Below, piece after piece: positions 19,535 to 28,724 of a stretch of DNA of 64,000 bases. The notes below the pieces were generated by a model. That model saw only the letters and a list, made by a program, of their open reading frames with translations, was not told the DNA's origin and searched no databases. The stretch is from Acidobacteriota bacterium (GTDB lineage Bacteria; Acidobacteriota; Terriglobia; Terriglobales; Acidobacteriaceae). How positions within the stretch are numbered: the first letter of the stretch is position 1; each line of letters starts with the position of its first letter. The stretch covers positions 52,981-116,980 of the forward strand of contig JARLGJ010000039.1 of assembly GCA_031296105.1 (NCBI GenBank), given 5' to 3'. Position numbers and translations under genes: made by a program.

Positions 19535-21664
19535 ATGAGCTTGCCCCGGACGAACGCCCTCGCCCACGCCGCCTCCGCATACTTACGTTCCGCCATGCAC
19601 CAGCCCACGCAGTGGCATCAGTGGGGGCCGGAGGCTTTCGCCCTCGCCGCTGCCGGAAACAAACCGGTGCTGCTGGATATTGGCGCCGTGTGGTGCCACT
19701 GGTGCCATGTCATGGATCGCGAGTCCTACGAGTCCGAGGAGATTGCCGCCATCCTCAACGAGCACTTCGTGGCCGTCAAGGTGGATCGCGACGAGCGTCC
19801 CGACGTGGACGCGCGCTACCAGGTGGCGGTGGCCGCCATCAACGGACAGGGCGGCTGGCCCCTGACGGTGTTCCTTACTCCCGAGGGCAAACCGTTTTAC
19901 GGCGGCACGTATTTTCCTCCCGTCGATGGCTACGGACGCCCCAGCTTCAAGCGCATCCTGATGGCCATTGCCGAGGCCTTCCGCGAGCGCCGCGGCGAGG
20001 TGGAGCAGGAGAGCGAAGGCCTGATGCACGCCCTGGAACATGCCGAAGGGATGGCCGGACATCACGGAGAGTTTTCGCCGCGGGTGATCGCTCAGATGGT
20101 GCAATCCGCGCTCGGCTCGTTTGACCGCGAGCAGGGCGGCTTCAGCGCCATGCCCAAGTTTCCTCACGCTCCGGTGGTGGATTTGCTGCTGGACTGGTAC
20201 GCGCGCACCGGCGAAGAACAGGTACGCCACGTGGCCGCTTTCACCTTGGAGAAGATGGCGCGCGGCGGCGTGTATGACCAGCTCGCCGGAGGCTTCCATC
20301 GCTACTCGGTGGACGAGCGCTGGTGTGTGCCGCACTTTGAAAAAATGGCGTATGACAACTCCGAGTTGCTGAAGAACTACGTGCACGCCTTTCAGGTGAC
20401 AGGCGAAAAGTTCTTTGCCGAAACCGCGCACGGCATTCTGCGCTGGCTGCGCCAGGTGCTCAGCGACCGCGAAAAAGGCGGCTACTACGGATCGCAGGAC
20501 GCAGACATCAATCTGCACGACGACGGCGACTACTTTACCTGGACGCTGGACGAAGCGCGCGCGGTGCTCACCGCCGAGGAACTGGCCGTGGCCGCCGCGC
20601 ACTACGACATCGGCGAGCAAGGCGAAATGCATCACAACCCGGAGAAGAACGTGCTGTGGATGAGCCGCACCGTGGGGCAGATTGCGGCGGAGCAGAAGCG
20701 CGCGGAAAGCGAGGTCTCCGCGCGGTTGGCCTCGGCGCGGCAAAAAATGTTGGCAGCACGCTTGCAGCGGCCCACTCCGTTTGTGGACCGCACGCTGTAC
20801 ACCAACTGGAACGCCCTGTGCATTGCGGCCGTGCTGCGCGCCGCGCGCGTGCTGGGCGAAGAAGACGAAGAAGCATTTGCCTTGCGCTCGCTGGACCGCC
20901 TGCTCGCGGAAGCGTGGAGCGCGGACGGCCTGCGGCACGTCATCGCCTACGCCGAAGATTCCGGCGCTGCGCGGCCCGCGGGCGTGCTGGACGATTACGC
21001 CTACACCATCCTTGCCTGCCTGGAGGCCTACGAGAGCACCGGTGAGTTGCGCTACTTTACGCACGCGCAGCAGATTGCGGCGCGCATGATCGACGGCTTC
21101 CATGACGCCGAGGGTGGAGGCTTCTTCGACCTCGACACCTGCGAATCACCGGCGGCGCTCGGCGCGCTGGCCATGCGCCGCAAACCGTTTCAGGACGCGC
21201 CCACTCCGGCGGGCAACTCCGCGGCGGCCCTGGCCCTTTTGCGCCTGCACGCGCTGAACGGCGAAGAGCGTCTGCGCGAGTTGGCCGTGGGAACGCTTGA
21301 GGTCTTTGCCGGCGTGGTGGAGAAGTTTGGCATCTACGCCGCCACCTACGGACTGGCCGCATTGTGGCTGGCGCAGCCGCATGTGCAGGTCATCGTCTTT
21401 GGCCAGGACGCGCTGGCCGATGAGTTATACACCGCAGCCGTAGCGCCGTTTCTGCTCACCAAAACGGTGTTGCGCGTGCGCGATGCAGCACGAATCGAGG
21501 AAGCTCTGCCCGCGACGCTGGCCGCCACCGTCCGCGAGTTGCCGGGCGTAAAACAGGGACGTTCCCTGGCGCTGTTGTGCAGCAACTTCGCCTGCCAGCC
21601 GCCCTTGCACTCGGTGGCCGAATTGGGCAGCGCGTTGCGGGAAGCGGCGCGCCAGGGAAATTAA
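19535..21664 (+). CDS. thioredoxin-domain protein of the DUF255/YyaL type with a C-terminal six-hairpin (N-acylglucosamine epimerase-like) domain
   Basis: The preferred start is the ATG at 19535 (MSLPRTNALAHAAS...). It has the hallmark AVWCHWCHVMDRESYE. Confidence 0.8.
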   Translation: MSLPRTNALAHAASAYLRSAMHQPTQWHQWGPEAFALAAAGNKPVLLDIGAVWCHWCHVMDRESYESEEIAAILNEHFVAVKVDRDERPDVDARYQVAVAAINGQGGWPLTVFLTPEGKPFYGGTYFPPVDGYGRPSFKRILMAIAEAFRERRGEVEQESEGLMHALEHAEGMAGHHGEFSPRVIAQMVQSALGSFDREQGGFSAMPKFPHAPVVDLLLDWYARTGEEQVRHVAAFTLEKMARGGVYDQLAGGFHRYSVDERWCVPHFEKMAYDNSELLKNYVHAFQVTGEKFFAETAHGILRWLRQVLSDREKGGYYGSQDADINLHDDGDYFTWTLDEARAVLTAEELAVAAAHYDIGEQGEMHHNPEKNVLWMSRTVGQIAAEQKRAESEVSARLASARQKMLAARLQRPTPFVDRTLYTNWNALCIAAVLRAARVLGEEDEEAFALRSLDRLLAEAWSADGLRHVIAYAEDSGAARPAGVLDDYAYTILACLEAYESTGELRYFTHAQQIAARMIDGFHDAEGGGFFDLDTCESPAALGALAMRRKPFQDAPTPAGNSAAALALLRLHALNGEERLRELAVGTLEVFAGVVEKFGIYAATYGLAALWLAQPHVQVIVFGQDALADELYTAAVAPFLLTKTVLRVRDAARIEEALPATLAATVRELPGVKQGRSLALLCSNFACQPPLHSVAELGSALREAARQGN

Positions 21665-21724
21665 GATTCTTTATCACGGGTCAATCGTTCGACTTGGCCT
21701 TGTCCTTCGCGATAGAGTGGGGAC

Positions 21725-22231
21725 ATGCCCACCACGGTGAAGAAAACAACTGAAACCAAGAAGGCAGCGAAAGCCGCCAAGAAATCCACGCCGTCCGCCA
21801 AGACGAACGGCTTTCATCCCGGAATCTACACTGTTCCGCGCGGACACGTGAGCCTGGCCGTGCCTACCTTCTGGACGCTGCGTCAGACGAACGACGACAT
21901 CCAGGTGGAAAGCGAAGCCAGTGACACCGCGGTCATCGTCACCGCCTACCAGCGCAACGAGGGCGTCAAGAACCTGGATGCGCGCGACTACCTGGAGCAC
22001 TTCCTGGGCACGGCTCCGGTGAAGGGAAAAATTACGCAACTGGATGCCGCCAAGGGGAAGGCCGGCGCGCGCTTCCGCGACGAAGAGGGCGACCACTGGC
22101 AGGTGCAGTTTCTCACCAATGGACTGACGCTGCTGCTGGCCACCTGCCACACGACCCTCAAACTTACTTCGCACGAAGGACGCACGGGCGTGGCCGTGAT
22201 CGAATCCATCAAGCTGAAGGCGCGCGCTTGA
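21725..22231 (+). CDS. hypothetical protein with a Lys/Ala-rich N-terminal tail
   Basis: 168-aa ORF. It overlaps the downstream hydrolase gene by 4 bp (ATGA). I recognised no motif. Confidence 0.55.
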   Translation: MPTTVKKTTETKKAAKAAKKSTPSAKTNGFHPGIYTVPRGHVSLAVPTFWTLRQTNDDIQVESEASDTAVIVTAYQRNEGVKNLDARDYLEHFLGTAPVKGKITQLDAAKGKAGARFRDEEGDHWQVQFLTNGLTLLLATCHTTLKLTSHEGRTGVAVIESIKLKARA

Positions 22232-22881
22232 GTCAGGGGCACATCGAATCGGTCTCGCTGCATGGCGAGGCCGGGCGGCTGGAGGCGCTGCTCAACCTGG
22301 GCGCGCCCGATGCCGAATACGCCGCGCTGGTGTGCCATCCGCACCCGCTGTTTGGCGGCACCATGCACAACAAGGTTGTCTTCCATGCGATGAAGGCCAT
22401 CAACAGCTTCGGCATTCCCGTGCTGCGCTTCAACTTTCGCGGCGTGGGCGCCAGCGCGGGCGAACACGATTACGGGCGCGGTGAAATCTCCGATGTGCAC
22501 GTGGCGCTCGACTACCTGGCCGAGCGCTTTTCACTGCCCATCGTCTTTGCCGGGTTTTCCTTTGGCGCCGCCGTGGGATTGCGCGCCGCCGTCGATCATC
22601 GCCGCGTGGAAGCCCTCGCTTCGCTGGGTACGCCCGTGGTGGCCGACAATCGCGAATACACTTACGCCCTGCTGCGCGAAGCCCGGCAGCCCAAGCTGAT
22701 GCTGAGCGGCGGCAACGACCAGTACGCCACGCCCGCGCAGTTGCGGAAAATTTTCGACGAGGCCGCCGAACCCAAGAAGCTGGTGATCCTCGACGGCGCC
22801 GACCACTTTTTTGCCGGCCACCTGGACGAGATGCGCGACGAGCTTTCCGCGTGGCTGCGCCAGGCACTGCCCCTTTCGTAA
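22228..22881 (+). CDS. alpha/beta-fold hydrolase
   Basis: 217 aa. CHPHPLFGGTMHNKVV and the nucleophile elbow GFSFGA are present. Confidence 0.75.
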   Translation: MSQGHIESVSLHGEAGRLEALLNLGAPDAEYAALVCHPHPLFGGTMHNKVVFHAMKAINSFGIPVLRFNFRGVGASAGEHDYGRGEISDVHVALDYLAERFSLPIVFAGFSFGAAVGLRAAVDHRRVEALASLGTPVVADNREYTYALLREARQPKLMLSGGNDQYATPAQLRKIFDEAAEPKKLVILDGADHFFAGHLDEMRDELSAWLRQALPLS

Positions 22882-22903
22882 AACCTGACATATAATTCCG
22901 CGC

Positions 22904-24235
22904 ATGAGCGCCCCTACCACGACTACGGCCGCCGCCGTGCGCGAGCAAGCTCGCCAGATTTTTCTGCACGCACTTGACGAGAGCAGCATTGAGCGCGGCA
23001 TCGCCCGCAACCTGCATTACCAGCGCGGCATTCTGCAAGTCGGCGAAGACCTCTTCGACTTCAGCCGCTACTCGAAAATTTTCGTCGTCAGCCTGGGCAA
23101 AGGCGCACACGCCAGCCTGGAGGCCTTGATGGCGCGGCTGGGCGCGGGCGCGGGGGTCACGGGAATTGTCTGCGCACCCACGCTGCCGACGGCGCAGGTG
23201 GCGGGCTTTCGCTACTTCGAGGGCGGTCATCCGATGCCGAACCACGAATCGGTGCGAGCGGCCTATGCGATCCTGAAATCGCTGGAGGCTCTAAAAGAAG
23301 ACGCGCTGGTGATTTACCTGATCAGCGGCGGCGGCTCGGCCATTGTCGAGCGGCCCATCTCGGACGAGATCGCCTTCGAGGACCTGGTTGCAACCTACCG
23401 CGCGCTGGTGCACTCGGGCGCGCCCATCGCGCAGATCAACGCCGTACGCAAACATCTCTCGGCCGTAAAAGGCGGAAGGCTGGCGCTGGCCGCCGCGCCC
23501 GCGCAACAGGTCTCCATCCTCATCAGCGACGTGCCGGACAACGCGCTGGACTCTTTGGCCAGCGGCCCCACCATGCCCGACAGCAGCACGGTGGAGCAGT
23601 GCTACGAGATCGCCGAGCGCTATCACCTGCTGCCGCAGCTACCCGAGCCGGTGCGCCACCTGTTTGCCACGCGCGCCCTGGAGGAGACGCCGAAGCACGA
23701 CGATCCGTTGTTTGCGCGGGCGCGCTGGTGGCCGATCCTCTCCAACGTAACCGCGCAGAAGGCCGCCGCCGTGTATGCCTCGCAACAGGGATTCCGCGTG
23801 GAGATCGACAACTCCTGCGACGACTGGGATTACCGCAAGGCCGCGGATTACCTGTTGGAGCGCGTGCGCCGCATGAAGGCCGAGGGTGGCAAGGTGTGCC
23901 TCATCAGCGGCGGCGAAGTCACCGTCACAGTGGACGCCTCGCCCGGCGCGGGCGGACGCAATCAGCAGTTCGCGCTCTACTGTGCCCAGCGCATTGCGGG
24001 CGAGAACATGACGGTGGTCAGCGCGGGAACGGATGGCATTGACGGCAACAGTCCCGCCGCCGGTGCGGTGGTGGACGGAACGACTCTCTCGCGCGCACAG
24101 GAGTTAGGGCTTGACGCGGAAGCGGCGCTCAAAGCGTTCGACGCCTATCCCTTCTTTGACCGCCTGGGCGACGCCATTATGACCGGCTACACGGGAACCA
24201 ATGTGCGCGACATTCGCGCACTGCTTGCCTGGTGA
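22904..24235 (+). CDS. glycerate 2-kinase / hydroxypyruvate reductase-like protein (DUF4147 + MOFRL)
   Basis: 443 aa. GKGAHASLEA, LISGGGSA, CLISGGEVTV and SAGTDGIDGNS are typical of the TtuD/GckA family. Confidence 0.8.
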   Translation: MSAPTTTTAAAVREQARQIFLHALDESSIERGIARNLHYQRGILQVGEDLFDFSRYSKIFVVSLGKGAHASLEALMARLGAGAGVTGIVCAPTLPTAQVAGFRYFEGGHPMPNHESVRAAYAILKSLEALKEDALVIYLISGGGSAIVERPISDEIAFEDLVATYRALVHSGAPIAQINAVRKHLSAVKGGRLALAAAPAQQVSILISDVPDNALDSLASGPTMPDSSTVEQCYEIAERYHLLPQLPEPVRHLFATRALEETPKHDDPLFARARWWPILSNVTAQKAAAVYASQQGFRVEIDNSCDDWDYRKAADYLLERVRRMKAEGGKVCLISGGEVTVTVDASPGAGGRNQQFALYCAQRIAGENMTVVSAGTDGIDGNSPAAGAVVDGTTLSRAQELGLDAEAALKAFDAYPFFDRLGDAIMTGYTGTNVRDIRALLAW

Positions 24236-24308
24236 GAATACCGGAAGGAGATTCCCTCTACGGCTAAACAGGCGGCGGGAAAAAGTAGGAATTGAAGGTC
24301 TGTTGTTA

Positions 24309-24449
24309 GGGCACGACTTTAGTCGTGCCATTCAGTCAAGGCAAGATGCCGCGGCTTCAGCCGCTGAGGAAGTGATCCCCTCAGGGGCTAAAGCCCGCAC
24401 GACTTTTAGATGCTTAGCGGCATGGCTAAAGCCATGCCCTGACAAAACC
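24309..24449 (+). repeat. four-hairpin intergenic module, copy 1
   Basis: The hairpins are GGCACGAC-ttta-GTCGTGCC, GCGGC-ttca-GCCGC, GGGC-taaa-GCCC and GGCATGGC-taaa-GCCATGCC. The module ends in CTGACAAAACC. Confidence 0.85.
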
Positions 24450-24554
24450 ACTCGAATCAGAGTTTTTGGCCAGCGGCTACACTCCTGTATTCTCGCGGCT
24501 TGTTGGAACGGCGGAAGCTGCGCCCTTACAGGTTCCGACTTGACCAGAGTTTCC

Positions 24555-25436
24555 TTAGTAGAACCTCGCGACGCCTTCTACCATCACTTCCACGCGGTTC
24601 AGAATGCCGCGCTCTTCGGCACCGCGCAACAGGAGTTCCACCGGCTCTTCCATCGGCTCCTGCGAGAGCTTGAAGGTGCCATAGTGCATGGGAATCATGC
24701 GCGGCGAGCCGAGATCGGCGAAGGCCTGCAATGCGTCTTCGGGACTCATGTGCACGTTGCGGAAATTATCCGGCTTGTAGGCGCCGATGGGCAGCAGAGC
24801 GACCTCGGGCTTTAGCCGTTCACCAATCTCCGCGAAGCCGTCAAAGTACGCGGTGTCGCCCGAGTGATAGATCGAGTGCTCTCCCGCGCGCAGCACGTAA
24901 CCGCCGTAACCGCGCTGCATGTCGTGAATGACGCGCGCGCCCCAATGCTTGGCGGGAGTGGAAGTAATGCGCAGGTTGCCGAGTTGCATCTCCTGCCACC
25001 AGGGAAGTTCGACGACGCGCTCGAAGCCGAGGTCGAAGACCAGGTCGCTGACGTTGGGCGGCACAATCAGCAGAGGAGCGCGTCCGCTTTTGCGCCGCGT
25101 CATGCGCGCCAGCGCTCGCAGCGACGGCCGGTGCAGATGATCGAAGTGCGCGTGCGTCACCAGCACGGCGTCCAGCGGCGGCAGATCGGCGGCACGCAGG
25201 CCGGGACGGCGCAGCCTTTTCAACACAAACAGCCAGGGAGCAAATATGGGATCCACCACCACGCTCATGCCGCCGGCTTGCAGAAAAAACGACGCGTGTC
25301 CGATGAAGGTGATGCCCATCTGCCCGGGCGCGGCCAGCACCGGACGGAGCGTGCGCCCGGTGCGCGGCGTCACCACCGAGTGGTGCACCAGTTGGCCCAA
25401 CTGTCCTGCTTTTTTACTGATATTGACGTTAAGCAT
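24555..25436 (-). CDS. MBL-fold metallo-hydrolase (NAPE-PLD-like)
   Basis: It has the VLVTHAHFDHL motif. The start is uncertain. The track ORF extends to 25508, and an internal ATG at 25436 is preferred. Confidence 0.7.
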   Translation of the reverse strand: MLNVNISKKAGQLGQLVHHSVVTPRTGRTLRPVLAAPGQMGITFIGHASFFLQAGGMSVVVDPIFAPWLFVLKRLRRPGLRAADLPPLDAVLVTHAHFDHLHRPSLRALARMTRRKSGRAPLLIVPPNVSDLVFDLGFERVVELPWWQEMQLGNLRITSTPAKHWGARVIHDMQRGYGGYVLRAGEHSIYHSGDTAYFDGFAEIGERLKPEVALLPIGAYKPDNFRNVHMSPEDALQAFADLGSPRMIPMHYGTFKLSQEPMEEPVELLLRGAEERGILNRVEVMVEGVARFY

Positions 25437-25556
25437 TGCCCTTGTCTGGACGCCATGTCCCGCGTCTAGGATGTCTTTATCGTACCCCCGCGCTGCCTGT
25501 TGCAACACGCAGGCAAAGGGCTTTTAATCAAGTTTTCGTCTGCTACGGAGGAAGCC

Positions 25557-26405
25557 GTGAAGATTGCATATTTGGGATTGGGCATCATGGGACGCCCGAT
25601 GGCCGCTAACCTGGTGAAGGCCGGGCACGATGTCACAGTGTGGAACCGCACTCCGAAGTCCCTGGATGGCGCGCGCACCGCAGACACTCCCGCCGAGGCC
25701 GCGAAAGGCGCCGAAGTCGTGTGGCTCTGCGTGGCCGACACCCGGGCCGTGGAAACGGTTCTCTTCGGCCAACAGGGCGTGTCCGGCGTGCTGCGGCCGG
25801 GCATGACCGTGATCGACTCCAGCACCATTGCTCCCAGCGCCACCCGCGCGTTTGCCGAGCGCGTGCGCGCCAAGGGCGCCGAGTTCGTGGATGCGCCCGT
25901 GACCGGATCGAAGATCGGCGCGGAAAACGCGCAGTTGCTGTTCATCGTGGGCGGCCCGGAAAAGAAAGTCGCCGAGTTGAATCCGCTCTTTATGGCGCTG
26001 GGCAAAAAAGTGATCCGCGTGGGCGAAACCGGCGCAGGTGAGAGCGCGAAGATCGGCATGAACCTGATGATTGCCGAGATCTTCCAGAGCTTCGCCGAAG
26101 GCTTGGCGTTGACCGGCAAACTCGGCGTGCCGCCGGAAATTCTTCTGGAGCTGATCCAGAACTCGATGATCAAGAGCGGCGTGACGGATTACAAAGGAAG
26201 CTTCGTGCTGAACAACGATTGGTCGCCTAACTTTCCCCTGCGGCTGATGCTGAAAGACATTCACCTGATGCAGGATGCGGCGCGCGAGTTGAACGTGGAG
26301 TTGCCGGCGCTGAAGGAAGTGGAGAAGGTTTATCAAAAGGCCGTGGACGCTGGCCACGCCAATGACGATTACGCGGTGACGGTGGAGACGGTACGCAACC
26401 TATAG
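25557..26405 (+). CDS. NAD(P)-dependent 3-hydroxyacid dehydrogenase (3-hydroxyisobutyrate / tartronate semialdehyde reductase family)
   Basis: GTG start at 25557 after GGAGG. The Rossmann motif is KIAYLGLGIMGRPMAANLVKAGHDVTVWNRT. Confidence 0.8.
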   Translation: MKIAYLGLGIMGRPMAANLVKAGHDVTVWNRTPKSLDGARTADTPAEAAKGAEVVWLCVADTRAVETVLFGQQGVSGVLRPGMTVIDSSTIAPSATRAFAERVRAKGAEFVDAPVTGSKIGAENAQLLFIVGGPEKKVAELNPLFMALGKKVIRVGETGAGESAKIGMNLMIAEIFQSFAEGLALTGKLGVPPEILLELIQNSMIKSGVTDYKGSFVLNNDWSPNFPLRLMLKDIHLMQDAARELNVELPALKEVEKVYQKAVDAGHANDDYAVTVETVRNL

Positions 26406-26430
26406 GCCGCGCTTGCTGTTTGGTGCCGCA

Positions 26431-26469
26431 GAAAAAAGCCCCGGAGTTTTCTCCGGGGCTTTGCTTTTT
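26431..26469. terminator. bidirectional rho-independent terminator
   Basis: AAAAAAGCCCCGGAG-tttt-CTCCGGGGCTTTGCTTTTT lies between convergent genes. Confidence 0.85.
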
Positions 26470-26482
26470 CCGTGCTTCGCAC

Positions 26483-27046
26483 TTAGTTGCCGAGGTACAG
26501 CACGTGCACATATACGCCCAGGCGCACGTTGTAGGCCAGGTAGTAACCAACGTGATCGGGATCGTCGTAGAGCACGATGTCGTCACTGGCCCAATCCCAA
26601 CCGTCGCAGTACGCAAGGTCATAATCCGCGACGTTGAAGTAGAAGCCGCCGAACCAGAAGCGGTTGGGTCCGCCGCCGCCCAGACGCCATACGTGGTTGC
26701 GTCCGATCTCGCCGGGGAAATGGCCATGCTCCCAGGCGTGATCGAGGTGATAGTTCGGGTCCTTGCGCCCGGTGTTGTGGCCCACCCAGACGTCATTGGA
26801 ATGCACGTGCGGTGCGTCCGGATGTCCCGGCTGGTCGGCCTTCACGCGCGGCGCATTGGGCGCGGGGGCGGGTGCGTGCTTCACCGGCGCCGGGCCGTGA
26901 GCGGGAATGTGACCGCCCTGATTCACCACCTGATGTGCGCCCTGATTCGACGGGCCGGACGGCGCGCCGCCTTCATGGCCATGCTGGGCATAGGCGGCAA
27001 CCGAACAGATCAGCGAAACTGCAAGAATTTCTGCAAGGCGTTTCAT
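26483..27046 (-). CDS. secreted His-rich hypothetical protein
   Basis: 187 aa. The signal peptide is MKRLAEILAVSLICSVAAYA. Many His clusters are present (HGHEGG, HIPAHG, HPDAPHVH, HLDHAWEHGH). It lies 114 nt downstream of ccmD on the same strand. Confidence 0.65.
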   Translation of the reverse strand: MKRLAEILAVSLICSVAAYAQHGHEGGAPSGPSNQGAHQVVNQGGHIPAHGPAPVKHAPAPAPNAPRVKADQPGHPDAPHVHSNDVWVGHNTGRKDPNYHLDHAWEHGHFPGEIGRNHVWRLGGGGPNRFWFGGFYFNVADYDLAYCDGWDWASDDIVLYDDPDHVGYYLAYNVRLGVYVHVLYLGN

Positions 27047-27160
27047 AGAGTTCTCATCCTTTTGTTTCGGCTCGAAGGCCGATGTTCAACGTCGTTCTAC
27101 ACACCTTTTGAAACCGAATCCCGAATAGAAGTTGCTCGAGTTCGGTTGCGTCACACAACT

Positions 27161-27307
27161 TTACAGGCGCGAGGAACTCTCCAACTCCCGTGCCTCACGC
27201 TTCAAACGGCGCGCACGGCTGGCCAGGGTAAAAAAGTAAAAAACATGGATCGCCCAGACCACAACATAGGCGGCGTAGAGATACCCATTATTGCCTGCTG
27301 TATTCAT
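27161..27307 (-). CDS. ccmD: CcmD-like small membrane protein (heme exporter subunit D)
   Basis: 48 aa: MNTAGNNGYLYAAYVVVWAIHVFYFFTLASRARRLKREARELESSSRL. It has a single TM segment and a basic tail. Its ATG overlaps the ccmC stop (ATGA). Confidence 0.6.
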   Translation of the reverse strand: MNTAGNNGYLYAAYVVVWAIHVFYFFTLASRARRLKREARELESSSRL

Positions 27308-27996
27308 CGCAACTCCTCTTCGGCCAGCGCCGCCTGCGCATGAGCCTCTTCCAGCGCGCGTTCTTCCAGCGCCTGATTGTAGCGCGTCCAGACAAACAGC
27401 ACCGCCAGCAAACTGAACGCGAGCAAGTTCCACAGCACGGCCATCCACATGCGATGGTCGAGGCCCGAACCTTCTCCGCCACCGATGACCGGCTGCGGAT
27501 GCTGGGTGCGGAACCAGCGGATGGCCATATAGACGATGGGCACATCGAGGAAGCCGAAGATGCCCAGGGCCGCGGCCAGCACGGGAACCTGTCCGCCGGC
27601 CGCGTAGTGGCGCAGCATCAGGTAACTCACATAAATGAGCCACAGCACCAGCGTGCTGGTAAGGCGCGCGTCCCACGTCCACCAGATGCCCCAGATCGGC
27701 CGCGCCCAGATGGGTCCGGTGATGAGCACGATGGTACAGAAGGAGACGCCGACCTCGGCCGAGGCCAGGGCCAGCGCGTCCGCGCCATCCGTGCGCCGGA
27801 CGATATACCAGGCCGAGGCGAGAAAGTTGACGAAGAACAACAGAAACGCCACCCAGGCCGACGGCAGGTGATAGTAGAAGATGCGCTGCACATCGCCCAT
27901 GGTGGCCTCTCGCGGGGCAATGTACATTGCCTGGCAAAAGCCATAGCCGAGCAGCAGCACGGTAACGGCGAGCAAAAGTCTGAAGAGTGTTTTCAT
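27304..27996 (-). CDS. ccmC: heme exporter protein CcmC
   Basis: 230 aa with the Trp-rich WWD motif WGIWWTWDARLTS. Confidence 0.9.
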   Translation of the reverse strand: MKTLFRLLLAVTVLLLGYGFCQAMYIAPREATMGDVQRIFYYHLPSAWVAFLLFFVNFLASAWYIVRRTDGADALALASAEVGVSFCTIVLITGPIWARPIWGIWWTWDARLTSTLVLWLIYVSYLMLRHYAAGGQVPVLAAALGIFGFLDVPIVYMAIRWFRTQHPQPVIGGGEGSGLDHRMWMAVLWNLLAFSLLAVLFVWTRYNQALEERALEEAHAQAALAEEELR

Positions 27997-28724
27997 TCCG
28001 CGTTCAGCACCGGTTCAAACAGGAGCAGGCTGATGGTGGTGAAGACCAGGTCGTACACCGCCAGCAGACGCATCCAGAAAACGGGCGAGTTGTCGCCCGT
28101 GAGAATCGAAGTCGTCGCATCCACCATGGCCAGCAGCGCCGGAATGGAGATGGGAAACAGGATGAGCGGCAGCATGATCTCGCGGCTGCGGGTGCGGATG
28201 GAGAGCGCGGCAAAGAATGTGCCGTTGACCACCAGCGCCCACGTGGCCAGCACGGCCACCACCAGCAACTGCCACCACGGGCCCACCGATCGAAGATTGT
28301 AAAAGACAACGAAGAGCGGCACCATCAGCACTTCCAGAATGCCGACGAAAATAAAATTACCCACGGTCTTGGCAATGAACAAGGACTGCGGCGGCGCGGG
28401 CGACAAGCGATAGGCGTCCAGCACCTGGTTGCGCAGTTCGCGCGTCCACGTCTGGTTGAGCGCCACGACCGTGGCAAACAGAATGGCCACCCACAACAGG
28501 CCGCCGGCGATGCGGCGCGACTCCTCGGCCGTGGGATCGAAGCCGAAGCTGAAGATGACCACCACTAGCAGGGCGAAGAACAACATGCTGTTGATGGCAT
28601 CCTTGGAGCGCCACTCGAGGCGCAAATCTTTTTTCAGCGTGCGCCACGCAATGGACCAAACAGAAGGTGCGGCGGGTGCGGAGCTTTGGCGCGCGGGAGC
28701 CTGTGTCACGGAAGAAGCGCTCAT
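27993..28724 (-). CDS. ccmB: heme exporter protein CcmB
   Basis: 243-aa polytopic membrane protein between ccmA and ccmC, with 4-bp overlaps on both sides. Confidence 0.8.
   Translation of the reverse strand: MSASSVTQAPARQSSAPAAPSVWSIAWRTLKKDLRLEWRSKDAINSMLFFALLVVVIFSFGFDPTAEESRRIAGGLLWVAILFATVVALNQTWTRELRNQVLDAYRLSPAPPQSLFIAKTVGNFIFVGILEVLMVPLFVVFYNLRSVGPWWQLLVVAVLATWALVVNGTFFAALSIRTRSREIMLPLILFPISIPALLAMVDATTSILTGDNSPVFWMRLLAVYDLVFTTISLLLFEPVLNAE

Noticed and set aside
24201-24815. ORFs covering the four-hairpin modules, including 24201..24815 and 48251..48454.
   Set aside because: Their sequences are translations of the palindromic repeat units (GHDFSRA, AASAAE and similar). The same DNA occurs in both orientations, so coding is implausible.
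27161-27937. A 258-aa ORF overlapping ccmC in another frame.
   Set aside because: Only its last 48 codons (27161..27307) lie outside ccmC, and those look like CcmD. The remainder is an Arg/Gly/Ala-rich overlap artefact.
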